Sequence record: OR836606.1
Length of the DNA: 64,000 bases
Strand: one strand, 5' to 3'
Shown here: positions 40,590 to 49,354 of the stretch, piece by piece
How the letters are laid out: every line of letters starts with the position of its first letter
Numbering within the stretch: position 1 is the first letter of the stretch
The notes under the pieces: generated by a model
The model's input: the letters and a program-made list of their open reading frames with translations, nothing else
Told to the model about the DNA's origin: nothing
The model's database searches: none
Translations under genes and position numbers: made by a program

Positions 40590-41696
40590 TTATATATCAG
40601 GTGTTAACCTATCAGACATTTTTATTAATTTCTGAATGTCACTAATAGTTTTCTTTATTTCTTCTTTAGTTTTAGCATCATTATTACTATTAGATAATTC
40701 TTTTTGTAATATTTTCACATTACTCTCTATTATATCTGTTTCCCAATCTTTATAATCTCTTATAAAAAGGTTGAAAGGATATAATAATTTATTTTTAATT
40801 TTATTAATTTTACTGTTGTTATATATTGGTGGTTTACTACCTTCTAATTTATCTATCTCTCTAACTATTATTGTAGTTTTAGTTAATTCTCTAGCATAAC
40901 CATATAAATTAGGAAGATAATCTGCAGTTCTTTCAGTTAAATTATAATCTTTATTATTTTTATTTTTCTTTATATTTCTGTTTAAAAAAACAGTTGTAAC
41001 CATTCCACTTCCGATACCTATAGGTGCATTAACAATACTTAAAAAGATAAAGAATAAAGTCATAGCAGATATCATAGGTATAGCAAATTTTTTATTTCTT
41101 TTTTCATCTTCTTCAATATCTTTTGAGTAAGAAAACATTTGAGGTGGATTATCTTTATATTTCAATTCAAATTTAGGAGTTTTTCCTTTATTAAGTACAT
41201 TTAATTCTAAAGGTAAAATTAAATTATGTCCTATTTCATGAAGTAAGACTGAAGTTAATAAACTTCCATCAAATAGATTGTCTATTATTTTATTTTTACC
41301 TTTTAATAAAATACAGTATCTTATAAAGTTTAACTCCATATCAACTATTATTTTAGTCGGTTTAGCATAATATATCCCATTTTTTTCTTCAGAGACTATT
41401 TTTAATAATCCCAATGCTATATCTTTTGCTTGTTTTTCATTCCATCTTGTTTGACCTATGAAATTACATGAATAATATTTAGAATCATTCAATTCTAAGA
41501 AATTAAATCTCAAATCAGTGTTAAATAATTCATTACATATTTTCTCTATTTCTTTTTCTTTATTTTTAAAATTAAAGTCAATAAATTCTTCTTTATTAAG
41601 ATCATATGAATTTATTAATTCATTAAATACATTATCAATTAATTTTAGCTTATTCTTATTTTTACTATTAATAAACATATCTTCGTTAAGAAGCAA
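40590..41696 (-). CDS. HExxH zinc-metallopeptidase-like protein with hydrophobic segments
   Basis: VLLHEIGH, downstream TERTAD, hydrophobic stretch; tandem paralogue. Confidence 0.6.
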   Translation of the reverse strand: MLLNEDMFINSKNKNKLKLIDNVFNELINSYDLNKEEFIDFNFKNKEKEIEKICNELFNTDLRFNFLELNDSKYYSCNFIGQTRWNEKQAKDIALGLLKIVSEEKNGIYYAKPTKIIVDMELNFIRYCILLKGKNKIIDNLFDGSLLTSVLLHEIGHNLILPLELNVLNKGKTPKFELKYKDNPPQMFSYSKDIEEDEKRNKKFAIPMISAMTLFFIFLSIVNAPIGIGSGMVTTVFLNRNIKKNKNNKDYNLTERTADYLPNLYGYARELTKTTIIVREIDKLEGSKPPIYNNSKINKIKNKLLYPFNLFIRDYKDWETDIIESNVKILQKELSNSNNDAKTKEEIKKTISDIQKLIKMSDRLTPDI

Positions 41697-41729
41697 GTTC
41701 TCTCACACCTTTTTCTTTTTATAAAATAA

Positions 41730-41759
41730 ACCCATACATTCACTAAGGAATGTATGGGT
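41730..41759 (-). terminator. Terminator after the major capsid gene
   Basis: ACCCATACATTC / GAATGTATGGGT 12-bp stem plus T-run. Confidence 0.8.
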
Positions 41760-41789
41760 AATATAAATAACAAAAATAAAGTATTACTC

Positions 41790-43394
41790 TTATCGAGCGT
41801 ATACTGAACCGTTGTTGTTTTTGATTGTAATACGTCCAATGATCGGAACGAATGATTCAACTGTATATCTACGAGTCATCATCATGTTAGGAACATTAGG
41901 GTTACGAGTATTTAAGTAACCTCCACCATTTACAACATTGAATGTGTAAGGGTAGAACATAAATGTTTTATAGTTATCTTGTTGAGGGACAGCAATAATA
42001 GTCAATTCACCTTGACGAACTAAGTCAGAACCGATAATACGGTAGTTAGCAGTACCTGAAGCAGCACCTAATGAATAGTTAATTTTGATTCCGTTAGAAT
42101 ACGCATCAGCGTTACGGTCTCCACCATTGAAAGTCCAAGAAACGTTAGGAATTAAACGAACGTCTAATGGGTTACCAACGATAACGAATTGAACATCATA
42201 TAATTTATAATCATTTTTCATTGATTGAGTAGTGTGGTCGATTACTTCACGTAAACCTTCTAACCAATCTTTAGGATGTGCGCTGTAATCACTATGTGGG
42301 AATACATCGAAGCTGAAATGATATTTAGCATCAGTTTCTTTATATTCACGATCTAAGAATTCAATAATGTCTAAGTCAACTTTTTGACTAGATAATTGAG
42401 ACATAGTTTCTGATAAACGAGCAACGCCATCGATATCATAAGTAGCTTTCATATCTTGAATTACTTCAAGAGGTACTGTAGCTTCGATGTGTTGAGCTGT
42501 ATCAATAACAACATCTTTACGAGTTAATCCAAGTTCAACGTTTGTAGCTGAAGTATGTTGTTCTGAAGCTACATAACCTTTGACTTTAACATCAGTTAAT
42601 TTACCTGAAGCAGAAGTCAAAGTAAGTTCACCTGAAGAAACATCCACTTTACCTAAGATAGTGTCAGTTTCAACTTCACCATCACCATTTGTAGGATATT
42701 TAATTTGTCCTACTAATGTGTCATTGTCTTGTAATTTAACTACGTTAGAACCTAATTCAACGAATCCAGCTTCAGAAGTACGTTCATCATATGAATCGCT
42801 CCATTTAGCTTCAACGATTTTGAATTTACGATCTAAACGGTCAATACCTTTACGAACTTCTTTACCTTCTTTTAATCCAGTAAATAAATCGTAGTCAGTA
42901 ATTTTTCCACCGTCAACTTGGATATCTTCTTTAATTTGAACTAATCCAACTAGAGTTTCAGGAGTGTTGTTAATTGATTCTGGTAAAGCATGTCGGTTAC
43001 CATCTGCATCTACAACATATGGAGTTAAGATTGGAACTGTAAAGTTTGGTTTATTAGCAACTTGAGTTGGTAGAGCTTCAGTTAAAGCTAAACGAGCCCA
43101 TAGTTTAACTAAAATAGGCATAGAAAGTGAAGCGTAAGGTTGGATAGGACCCATTGAAGATTCCATTAAGATTTCTTCACGAGTATTGTCTAACATTCCA
43201 GCTAAAGCTTCTCCTTCAGCAGCGTCAAAACCTTCTAATAATTGATCTTTATAACTTTCAAATACTGCATCATCAGTAGCAATAGCAGCGAAATCTCCGC
43301 CGATAGTACTAAGATTATATGATTCATTAATAGAATTTTCAATATCTTCTAAACGAATCGAAAATTCATCTTTAATTCTGTTTGGGTTTAACAT
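41790..43394 (-). CDS. Major capsid protein (534 aa precursor)
   Basis: Strong SD, own late promoter and terminator; HK97-fold-like order (MGPIQP...; EVIQDMKATYDID; VIVGNP; RY at C-terminus); near protease and terminase. Confidence 0.8.
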   Translation of the reverse strand: MLNPNRIKDEFSIRLEDIENSINESYNLSTIGGDFAAIATDDAVFESYKDQLLEGFDAAEGEALAGMLDNTREEILMESSMGPIQPYASLSMPILVKLWARLALTEALPTQVANKPNFTVPILTPYVVDADGNRHALPESINNTPETLVGLVQIKEDIQVDGGKITDYDLFTGLKEGKEVRKGIDRLDRKFKIVEAKWSDSYDERTSEAGFVELGSNVVKLQDNDTLVGQIKYPTNGDGEVETDTILGKVDVSSGELTLTSASGKLTDVKVKGYVASEQHTSATNVELGLTRKDVVIDTAQHIEATVPLEVIQDMKATYDIDGVARLSETMSQLSSQKVDLDIIEFLDREYKETDAKYHFSFDVFPHSDYSAHPKDWLEGLREVIDHTTQSMKNDYKLYDVQFVIVGNPLDVRLIPNVSWTFNGGDRNADAYSNGIKINYSLGAASGTANYRIIGSDLVRQGELTIIAVPQQDNYKTFMFYPYTFNVVNGGGYLNTRNPNVPNMMMTRRYTVESFVPIIGRITIKNNNGSVYAR

Positions 43395-43457
43395 AAATTT
43401 TTTCTGCTCCTTTTCTTAAATATATTAGCGTGTAGTTTATATTTATTAATTTTATTA

Positions 43458-43469
43458 TATAAATTTGTT
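43458..43469 (-). promoter_or_regulatory. AR9-type late promoter of the capsid gene
   Basis: AACA AATTTA TA on the minus strand. Confidence 0.6.
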
Positions 43470-43581
43470 TATAAAAAATAATCATTATTTGTAATGAAAT
43501 ATTTCTTTTTATATGTTAATGTTATTAATGTTATTAATTTTATAAATATTAACAAAAAAGAATAAAATCTGAAATATAAAA

Positions 43582-44190
43582 CTATTTGCTTTTTTTGTCT
43601 TTATTCAATTTATTATATTCTTTTAAATAAATATTGAAGATTTCATTATAAGTATTTTCAAACTTCTTATAAAGTTTTTTACATTTATCAGCATCAATAT
43701 TATTTATAAATTTATTGTTAAATAAATTAATACTGTCAATTAAACTGTCTAAGTTATTTGAAGTTTGTATTGTAATTTCATTCATTTTTTCTTTTTCATT
43801 TTTATCAAATAATTTCATATTTTTTTCATTTATAATATCTTTAAATTTTAATGAAACAGATATCAAATCATTTAGTTTATTAAATATTTGTAATTTTAGA
43901 TATTTATCAGAATTAGTTTCTTTAGGTTCATTATTTTCTTCTTCAGATTGATCATCTTCATTATTGTTATCTTGACTATCTTCTTCGGTTTCTGTATTTT
44001 CTTCTGAAGATTCTTCATTATCACTATTGGCATCTTCAGAACTTGTATCATCTGTATTAGTATCTGGAGAATCATTATTAGTTTCATCATCTTCAGCTTC
44101 ATTAAGAATATTATTACCATTTAATAATTTTTTAATTGATTCAGATAAAAGATCTCTATTATTAATAGTCATATGATGACCCACTATCAT
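43582..44190 (-). CDS. Hypothetical head/scaffold protein with an acidic linker
   Basis: ORF with ILNEAEDDE followed by a D/E/N-rich tract; located in the head module. Confidence 0.55.
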   Translation of the reverse strand: MIVGHHMTINNRDLLSESIKKLLNGNNILNEAEDDETNNDSPDTNTDDTSSEDANSDNEESSEENTETEEDSQDNNNEDDQSEEENNEPKETNSDKYLKLQIFNKLNDLISVSLKFKDIINEKNMKLFDKNEKEKMNEITIQTSNNLDSLIDSINLFNNKFINNIDADKCKKLYKKFENTYNEIFNIYLKEYNKLNKDKKSK

Positions 44191-45181
44191 TTACATCTCC
44201 ACGAGAAATCGCATTCTTAGTTTTTTCAATAGATTTCTTTTGGAAATTAGCTTTCTTAAGTTGAACTTCTAAATCTGATTTTAATATTCTTAATTCTTTT
44301 CTTTTTTCTTCATCATCAGTTGAATCAATTCTGTTTTCTAAAGTTTGAATTCTTTCTTCTAATACAATGATAAGTCTATTAAGTTCATTACCTTTAGTTG
44401 CATTATAAACAATTACAGTCAATAAACCTATTAAAGCCGTTTTAGCTTTACCAATACCTGCTGAACTAATTTTTAAACCAATACAGAATAAAATTCCAGT
44501 TAATAGAGCTCTTACGAATCTAATACGATTAGCTTTAGCTAATTGTTTATCATTCATATTTTTAGAAGAAGCTGTTGCTTTTTTAACAGAGCTAATTAAT
44601 TTATTTAAATTTTTTTCAGCAACTTTGGGGTCTTTAGAAGTTTCAAAACTACTATCAAGACCATCAAGATAATCTTCATCATCGTCATCATCATAAGCTT
44701 CATTAAGATAATTCATATTACCCTCCATTAAGAAGTTAATAACAGCTTTTCTTTCTAATTTAGAATCAGCAGGGCTTTCAGCTAGTGCTACAGTCAATTG
44801 TTTAAAATTAAATTCTGTATTAATATTAGAACTAAAATCTTCTTTATATAAACTATCTATGTATCCGTTATTTGGGACACGTTTATTAATATAAAGAGTG
44901 TTATATTTATCTTTTAAAAATTCTATTTTATGAAGAACCATATTAACTGCCATTTCAGACTGTTCATTTTCAATTTCAAATCTTTCTAACGAATCTTTTA
45001 AAGTAACAAGATATTTAACAGATTTTCTAACTTGATCGCTTGTAAAAGAATCCACATCTGCATACTTTTCAATGTCAATTAATTTATCATATAAATCAAC
45101 AGGAAAAGAATCATTATCTGTTTGTTCTATGAAATATTTTAAATCACTTTCTACTTCATTGAAATTCTTCAAGTATTTCAC
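44162..45181 (-). CDS. Hypothetical head-associated protein
   Basis: 339 aa; YLNEAYDDDD, hydrophobic segment, C-terminal coiled coil; late promoter upstream. Confidence 0.6.
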   Translation of the reverse strand: MKYLKNFNEVESDLKYFIEQTDNDSFPVDLYDKLIDIEKYADVDSFTSDQVRKSVKYLVTLKDSLERFEIENEQSEMAVNMVLHKIEFLKDKYNTLYINKRVPNNGYIDSLYKEDFSSNINTEFNFKQLTVALAESPADSKLERKAVINFLMEGNMNYLNEAYDDDDDEDYLDGLDSSFETSKDPKVAEKNLNKLISSVKKATASSKNMNDKQLAKANRIRFVRALLTGILFCIGLKISSAGIGKAKTALIGLLTVIVYNATKGNELNRLIIVLEERIQTLENRIDSTDDEEKRKELRILKSDLEVQLKKANFQKKSIEKTKNAISRGDVNDSGSSYDY

Positions 45182-45209
45182 ATCCTATTCATATTTTCAT
45201 TAAGGTTAA

Positions 45210-45247
45210 TATTCTATTGTTAAAATTGCTTATCAAACATTTAAATA
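45210..45247. promoter_or_regulatory. Back-to-back late promoters (45210-45221 minus; 45236-45247 plus)
   Basis: AACA ATAGAA TA (minus) and AACA TTTAAA TA (plus) in a short divergent intergenic gap. Confidence 0.6.
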
Positions 45248-45283
45248 TTCTAAATTTAATATATGAAAGGAAGTTAAATAAAT

Positions 45284-46645
45284 ATGTCTAAAGATATAAA
45301 AGCTTATCTTATTAATGAATCTAACACAACTTCTCAACCAGAAGTAGTTCAAGATAATAATAAATCGGTTAGATTCATTGCTGAGTTACAAGAAGCTGAT
45401 AGACAAAACCGTAATGGTCGTGTTTATCGTAAAGATGTTATTCAAAGTGGTTTAGATAGTCCAGTAATACAAGAAAAATTAGCAAGAAAAACTTTTTATG
45501 GTGAGTTTTAGGTTAAATGGCTCACATTAAATTATATTAATTGCTGGAAAAGATTATTATCTTAATCAGCATCAACTTAATACAAGTTGTTCAACGACTA
45601 AATATATAGCCTAGATGATATAGTCTAACCTTTATTAAAATGATAAAGAATAATAATTTGCAGGACATCCTTTAAGTGATGAACCTAAACGACAAATGTA
45701 TATTGATCAACGTAATATTTCTCATATCGTTACTAGAACATGGTGGAATGGTAATAAATTAATGGCAGAAGTAGAAACGGCACAAACAGCAGCTGGTAAA
45801 GATATGAAAGGTTTAATCGGACAAAAGTCTGACGTATCTTTCTCAATGCGTGGTTTCAGTAAAATTAATAGAACACCTTCTGGCGAAGTTGAAGTTACTA
45901 AACCTTTAAGATTAATCTGTTAAATTGTAGCAGCTTTATATAGAAATATATATTGAAAAAGAATATTAATTGCTAAGAAGTTTAATTAAGCCAATTAGCA
46001 TCAACTTAATACAAGTTGTTCAACGACTAAATATATTTACTCTTAATAAGAGTATGATATAGTCTAATCTTAATAGTAAGATCTATTAAGTTAATATAAT
46101 GTACGATAAAATAAACCTTGTCGCTTCTTAAAGCAATTTAAGAATGATAAAACTATTAATTGCTAAAATCTTTTATTAAAGTAATTAGCATCAACTTAAT
46201 AAAAGTTGTTCAAAGACTAAATATAGTTTATCCTTTTATAGGATAATGATATAGTCTGATCTATATTATACTAATATAGATAACATAAATGTGGGTAGTA
46301 ATTCCATCTCATCAAGATTCTTACATTCAAAATATTATTTCAGAAGGACACAATAATTATAATCCTAATGATTTACAAATGGTAAATGAATCAATTGATA
46401 TGTTCACTAATGGTAAAATTACTGAATTTTCTCCTAGAGAAGTTTTAACTTATATTAAAGAAAATTCAGATAATGTAAAATACATTGCTGAAGATATGGG
46501 GTTTGCTGGAGTTGATGAATCTAATATCAGTTATGATAAAGGATCTCAATTAGCTTCAATTAGAGAAAGTAATAAAACTATTAAAGTTTTCTTAGAAGAA
46601 TCTGTTCTTAATGGACTTGATGATTTCTATAGAAACTTTAAATAA
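45284..46645 (+). CDS. Prohead core protease (T4 gp21-like) in four exons: 45284-45506, 45661-45920, 46102-46107, 46292-46645 (280 aa)
   Basis: NRNGRVY; splicing gives GE-S-GHP; ISHIV; SFSMRG; IC|YD|WVVIPSH; exon total 843 nt is divisible by 3. Confidence 0.9.
45507..45660 (+). ncRNA. Minimal group I intron (154 nt), protease intron 1
   Basis: P1 GUGAGU/GCUCAC; AAUUGCUGGAAA, AAUCAGCAUCA, GUUCAACGACUAAA, GAUAUAGUC; ends UUG. Confidence 0.9.
45921..46101 (+). ncRNA. Minimal group I intron (181 nt), protease intron 2
   Basis: P1 CUGU/GCAG; compensatory P4 UGCUAA/UUAGCA; R and S elements; ends AUG. Confidence 0.88.
46108..46291 (+). ncRNA. Minimal group I intron (184 nt), protease intron 3
   Basis: P1 CGAU/GUCG; P4 UGCUAA/UUAGCA; GUUCAAAGACUAAA; GAUAUAGUC; ends AUG. 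Confidence 0.88.
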
Positions 46646-46669
46646 TATGTATGGATGTGATTAAAGGTT

Positions 46670-47383
46670 ATGTTAACCAATACAGAAATACTTAATTATA
46701 TTGAACGTGATGTAGGTTTCATGTTCACTGATTTAGAATTAAAACCTGATGATATTATTAAAACAGTGGAAAGATTCACTATTCCTACATTTAGTAAATT
46801 TCATCCTAAACAAGAAAGAGTAATTGTAAAACCAGAAGATAAAGTAGAAGGTACTACAAATATATATTATATTGATTCTGAAAATCCTATAGTTAATATT
46901 AATAGAGTAATTGGAGCTAATAATCCTATTACTAATTTAACAGGGTATGCAGGTAACATGAGCTCTTATGCAGGATTTGCTATGGGTAACCCAATTGATG
47001 GACAAATGATGTCTGATTTAATGGCGATCAATTTATCTCCATCTACTTTTAGATATCATCATCCTAATAAAATAGAAATATTGAATTCTGCTGTAATCGG
47101 TTCAGTTAATTTACTAATTGTTCTAAATACTTATCATGATAAACATTTTGGTTCTATACCAAATAATATGCATGATTATTTCTTAGAATTAGCTTCTTAT
47201 GATGTTCAAATATCATTATATGCTATGAGAAGTAGATTCCAGAACTTACAAACTACTTTTGGAGAGTTAAATCTTAATATGGATGATTTACGTGAAGCAA
47301 AAGATAAACGTAAAGAATTAGTAGAAAAGATGGAAAATTATTCTATATTTAATAGTAACAGAAAGAAATTATATTTCGGTTAA
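46670..47383 (+). CDS. Putative neck/head-completion protein
   Basis: Co-oriented after the protease; 237 aa; positional inference. Confidence 0.4.
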   Translation: MLTNTEILNYIERDVGFMFTDLELKPDDIIKTVERFTIPTFSKFHPKQERVIVKPEDKVEGTTNIYYIDSENPIVNINRVIGANNPITNLTGYAGNMSSYAGFAMGNPIDGQMMSDLMAINLSPSTFRYHHPNKIEILNSAVIGSVNLLIVLNTYHDKHFGSIPNNMHDYFLELASYDVQISLYAMRSRFQNLQTTFGELNLNMDDLREAKDKRKELVEKMENYSIFNSNRKKLYFG

Positions 47384-47390
47384 TAAAATA

Positions 47391-47430
47391 CCCCAATACC
47401 ATTTTTCTATGGTATTGGGGATTTATTTTT
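47391..47430 (+). terminator. Intrinsic terminator
   Basis: CCCCAATACCA / TGGTATTGGGG stem plus T-run. Confidence 0.8.
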
Positions 47431-47752
47431 TATTTATATAAGGAGTAAATCATAAATAAAGATTAAAATAGAAATTTAATCATTAAGCGAGCAATTTTTT
47501 ATTATAAAAACTTAATACGCTAATATATTGTAAGTTATTTATAAATTTGACATGGCAGTTTGTCCAATAAAGCTTATAAGCTTTATCAAATTAGCTAAAA
47601 AAATTATAAATAGCAAAGTTTTATACTATACGAAGTTAATAGCAAAATGACTTTGAAATCAGAGCACAAACATAAGACAAAACAAAAGGTAAAACAATAT
47701 AGAAATCTAAATTTCTATATTTATATTGTTAGTAACAAAATATAAATAAATT

Positions 47753-48376
47753 TTATTTCATTACATTATAAATATTAAATTGATTTTTTAATCGCTGTTT
47801 ATCAAATCTATTCATAGGTTTAGTTTCAAAACGATTTTCATCAAGATGATCGAGATAATCATCTCTATAAATTTCATCTAACAATTTTATCTCATGAAAA
47901 CTTAATCTATGTCTTTTACATAAAGGTACTAGTAATTTATCTGCTAAATGTTTAAACATACGCGTATCAGGGTTATATAAATTAAAATCATCAGCTATAG
48001 CTATTAAAAGACTATTCCTATACTTCTGAGGTATAATTCCTTTATCTGCTAATTCTTGAAGATAATAACTAGGTTTATAATCAGATAATCCTTCCATAAC
48101 AGCGTAATCTTTATCTATCAATTCTACATAATAGTGCATAGGTAATGCTCTAATATTAGCATGTCTAATTAGATAATTCTGAACTTTACCCCAAGAATAT
48201 TTATAAGATCCTTTAAGTAAATCTCTATCACTAAATTTATTTTCCTTAAGTATTAAATTATTCATATGAGTAATTATTACATGTGTTTGAAAAGTATTAC
48301 TTCTTCTTCGTCTATCTTGTTTAATTTCATAATACATTTTTTTAGTAACCTCGTTTCTAACAATAACTAATTGCAT
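47753..48376 (-). CDS. Divergent Amidase_2-like (N-acetylmuramoyl-L-alanine amidase) protein
   Basis: HVIITH, PMHYYV, NSLLIAIADDF...P...L..L, SFHE in the amidase-2 order; N-terminus overlaps the previous gene so the start is uncertain. Confidence 0.4.
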   Translation of the reverse strand: MQLVIVRNEVTKKMYYEIKQDRRRRSNTFQTHVIITHMNNLILKENKFSDRDLLKGSYKYSWGKVQNYLIRHANIRALPMHYYVELIDKDYAVMEGLSDYKPSYYLQELADKGIIPQKYRNSLLIAIADDFNLYNPDTRMFKHLADKLLVPLCKRHRLSFHEIKLLDEIYRDDYLDHLDENRFETKPMNRFDKQRLKNQFNIYNVMK

Positions 48377-49025
48377 TGTATTTTTCTATTAATTTGTTAA
48401 ATGTAATTGGGCCAACTTCTCCATCTTGTTTAAGGTTATTATCTTTTTGGAATTGTAATAATGATTCTAACATAGTTCTATCGAATATATAGTTTTTACT
48501 ATCATATTTATTGACAGAATATCCTAGACCATACAATGTTATTCCTACTACATTAACGTCATTTCCTGTCATGTTTTCTTCTCTATACATAAGCAATCTA
48601 TAATAATTCCCTTTTATTTGTCTTCTATTAGGAATATGAGGTTCTTCAGGTTTATATTTTCTTGGAAGATGCATGTCATAATAGTATGGAAATTTAGGAT
48701 TTCCATTATGGAATTTAAGTAAAACTCTGTCATATAATTCAGGTTTTCTTAAAGGTTTATCAAGATCATTATTCATCAAAGGTTGACAAACTAAATAATT
48801 TCCAATATCAATATTCTCAGATATATTTAAATCTTCTATATTGATAATATTCGATGCATATAGGTTTCTTTTGATATTTCTTGGGGAATCCTGCAAGTTA
48901 GTCATTATCAGCTCAAACACAAATAGCTTAACTTCATATTTTGTATCAAAATCTGAGTTATCTATAACTACGGCTTCAAAATCCCTTCCGAAGTCAAATT
49001 CTTTAAACGATTTTTTATAATTCAT
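48357..49025 (-). CDS. Baseplate spike-like protein: gp5-type OB fold plus C-terminal peptidoglycan-binding domain
   Basis: AVVIDNSD...KPELYDRVLLKFHNGNPKFP; LLQFQKDNNLKQDGEVGPIT (PG_binding_1 pattern). Confidence 0.6.
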   Translation of the reverse strand: MNYKKSFKEFDFGRDFEAVVIDNSDFDTKYEVKLFVFELIMTNLQDSPRNIKRNLYASNIINIEDLNISENIDIGNYLVCQPLMNNDLDKPLRKPELYDRVLLKFHNGNPKFPYYYDMHLPRKYKPEEPHIPNRRQIKGNYYRLLMYREENMTGNDVNVVGITLYGLGYSVNKYDSKNYIFDRTMLESLLQFQKDNNLKQDGEVGPITFNKLIEKYNAISYC

Positions 49026-49094
49026 AGTATCTTCATCAATGCTCCTTTTTTCTATAAATTTTTTCTATAATGTAAGTACTGGAGGAAAACGCTA

Positions 49095-49313
49095 TTGATA
49101 CAGCTTATTATCCTTTGCCTCTTAATATATTTCTTATTGATAAGTCTACCATTAATTATAAGAACTAAATTAATTCTTAATTATTTAGAAGACATATCTA
49201 TAAGAATTAATATAATAGAAAAAGAAAATAGAAATCAAAGAAAAATAATAGATAAATTATCTACTTTTAATGAAATCTTGTTAGAAGAGATAAAAGAACA
49301 AGATAAAAAATAA
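49095..49313 (+). CDS. Small membrane protein (one TM helix plus coiled coil)
   Basis: GGAGG SD; hydrophobic N-terminus. Confidence 0.6.
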   Translation: MIQLIILCLLIYFLLISLPLIIRTKLILNYLEDISIRINIIEKENRNQRKIIDKLSTFNEILLEEIKEQDKK

Positions 49314-49317
49314 ATAT

Positions 49318-49347
49318 ACCACAACGATATCAATTTATCGTTGTGGT
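49318..49347. terminator. Bidirectional terminator
   Basis: ACCACAACGATA / TATCGTTGTGGT 12-bp stem between convergent genes. Confidence 0.75.
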
Positions 49348-49354
49348 TATTTTA

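Noticed and set aside
30431-46291. Track start codons MQRNG (30433), MSTLD (37980), MWVV (46289), MYIDQ (45696) and MLNEI (35204)
   Set aside because: They are intron-terminal AUGs or internal Met codons of spliced genes and have no SD
47430-47750. ncRNA or small ORF in a 320-bp intergenic gap
   Set aside because: Only a 32-codon ORF without an SD and one AT-rich hairpin; not enough support
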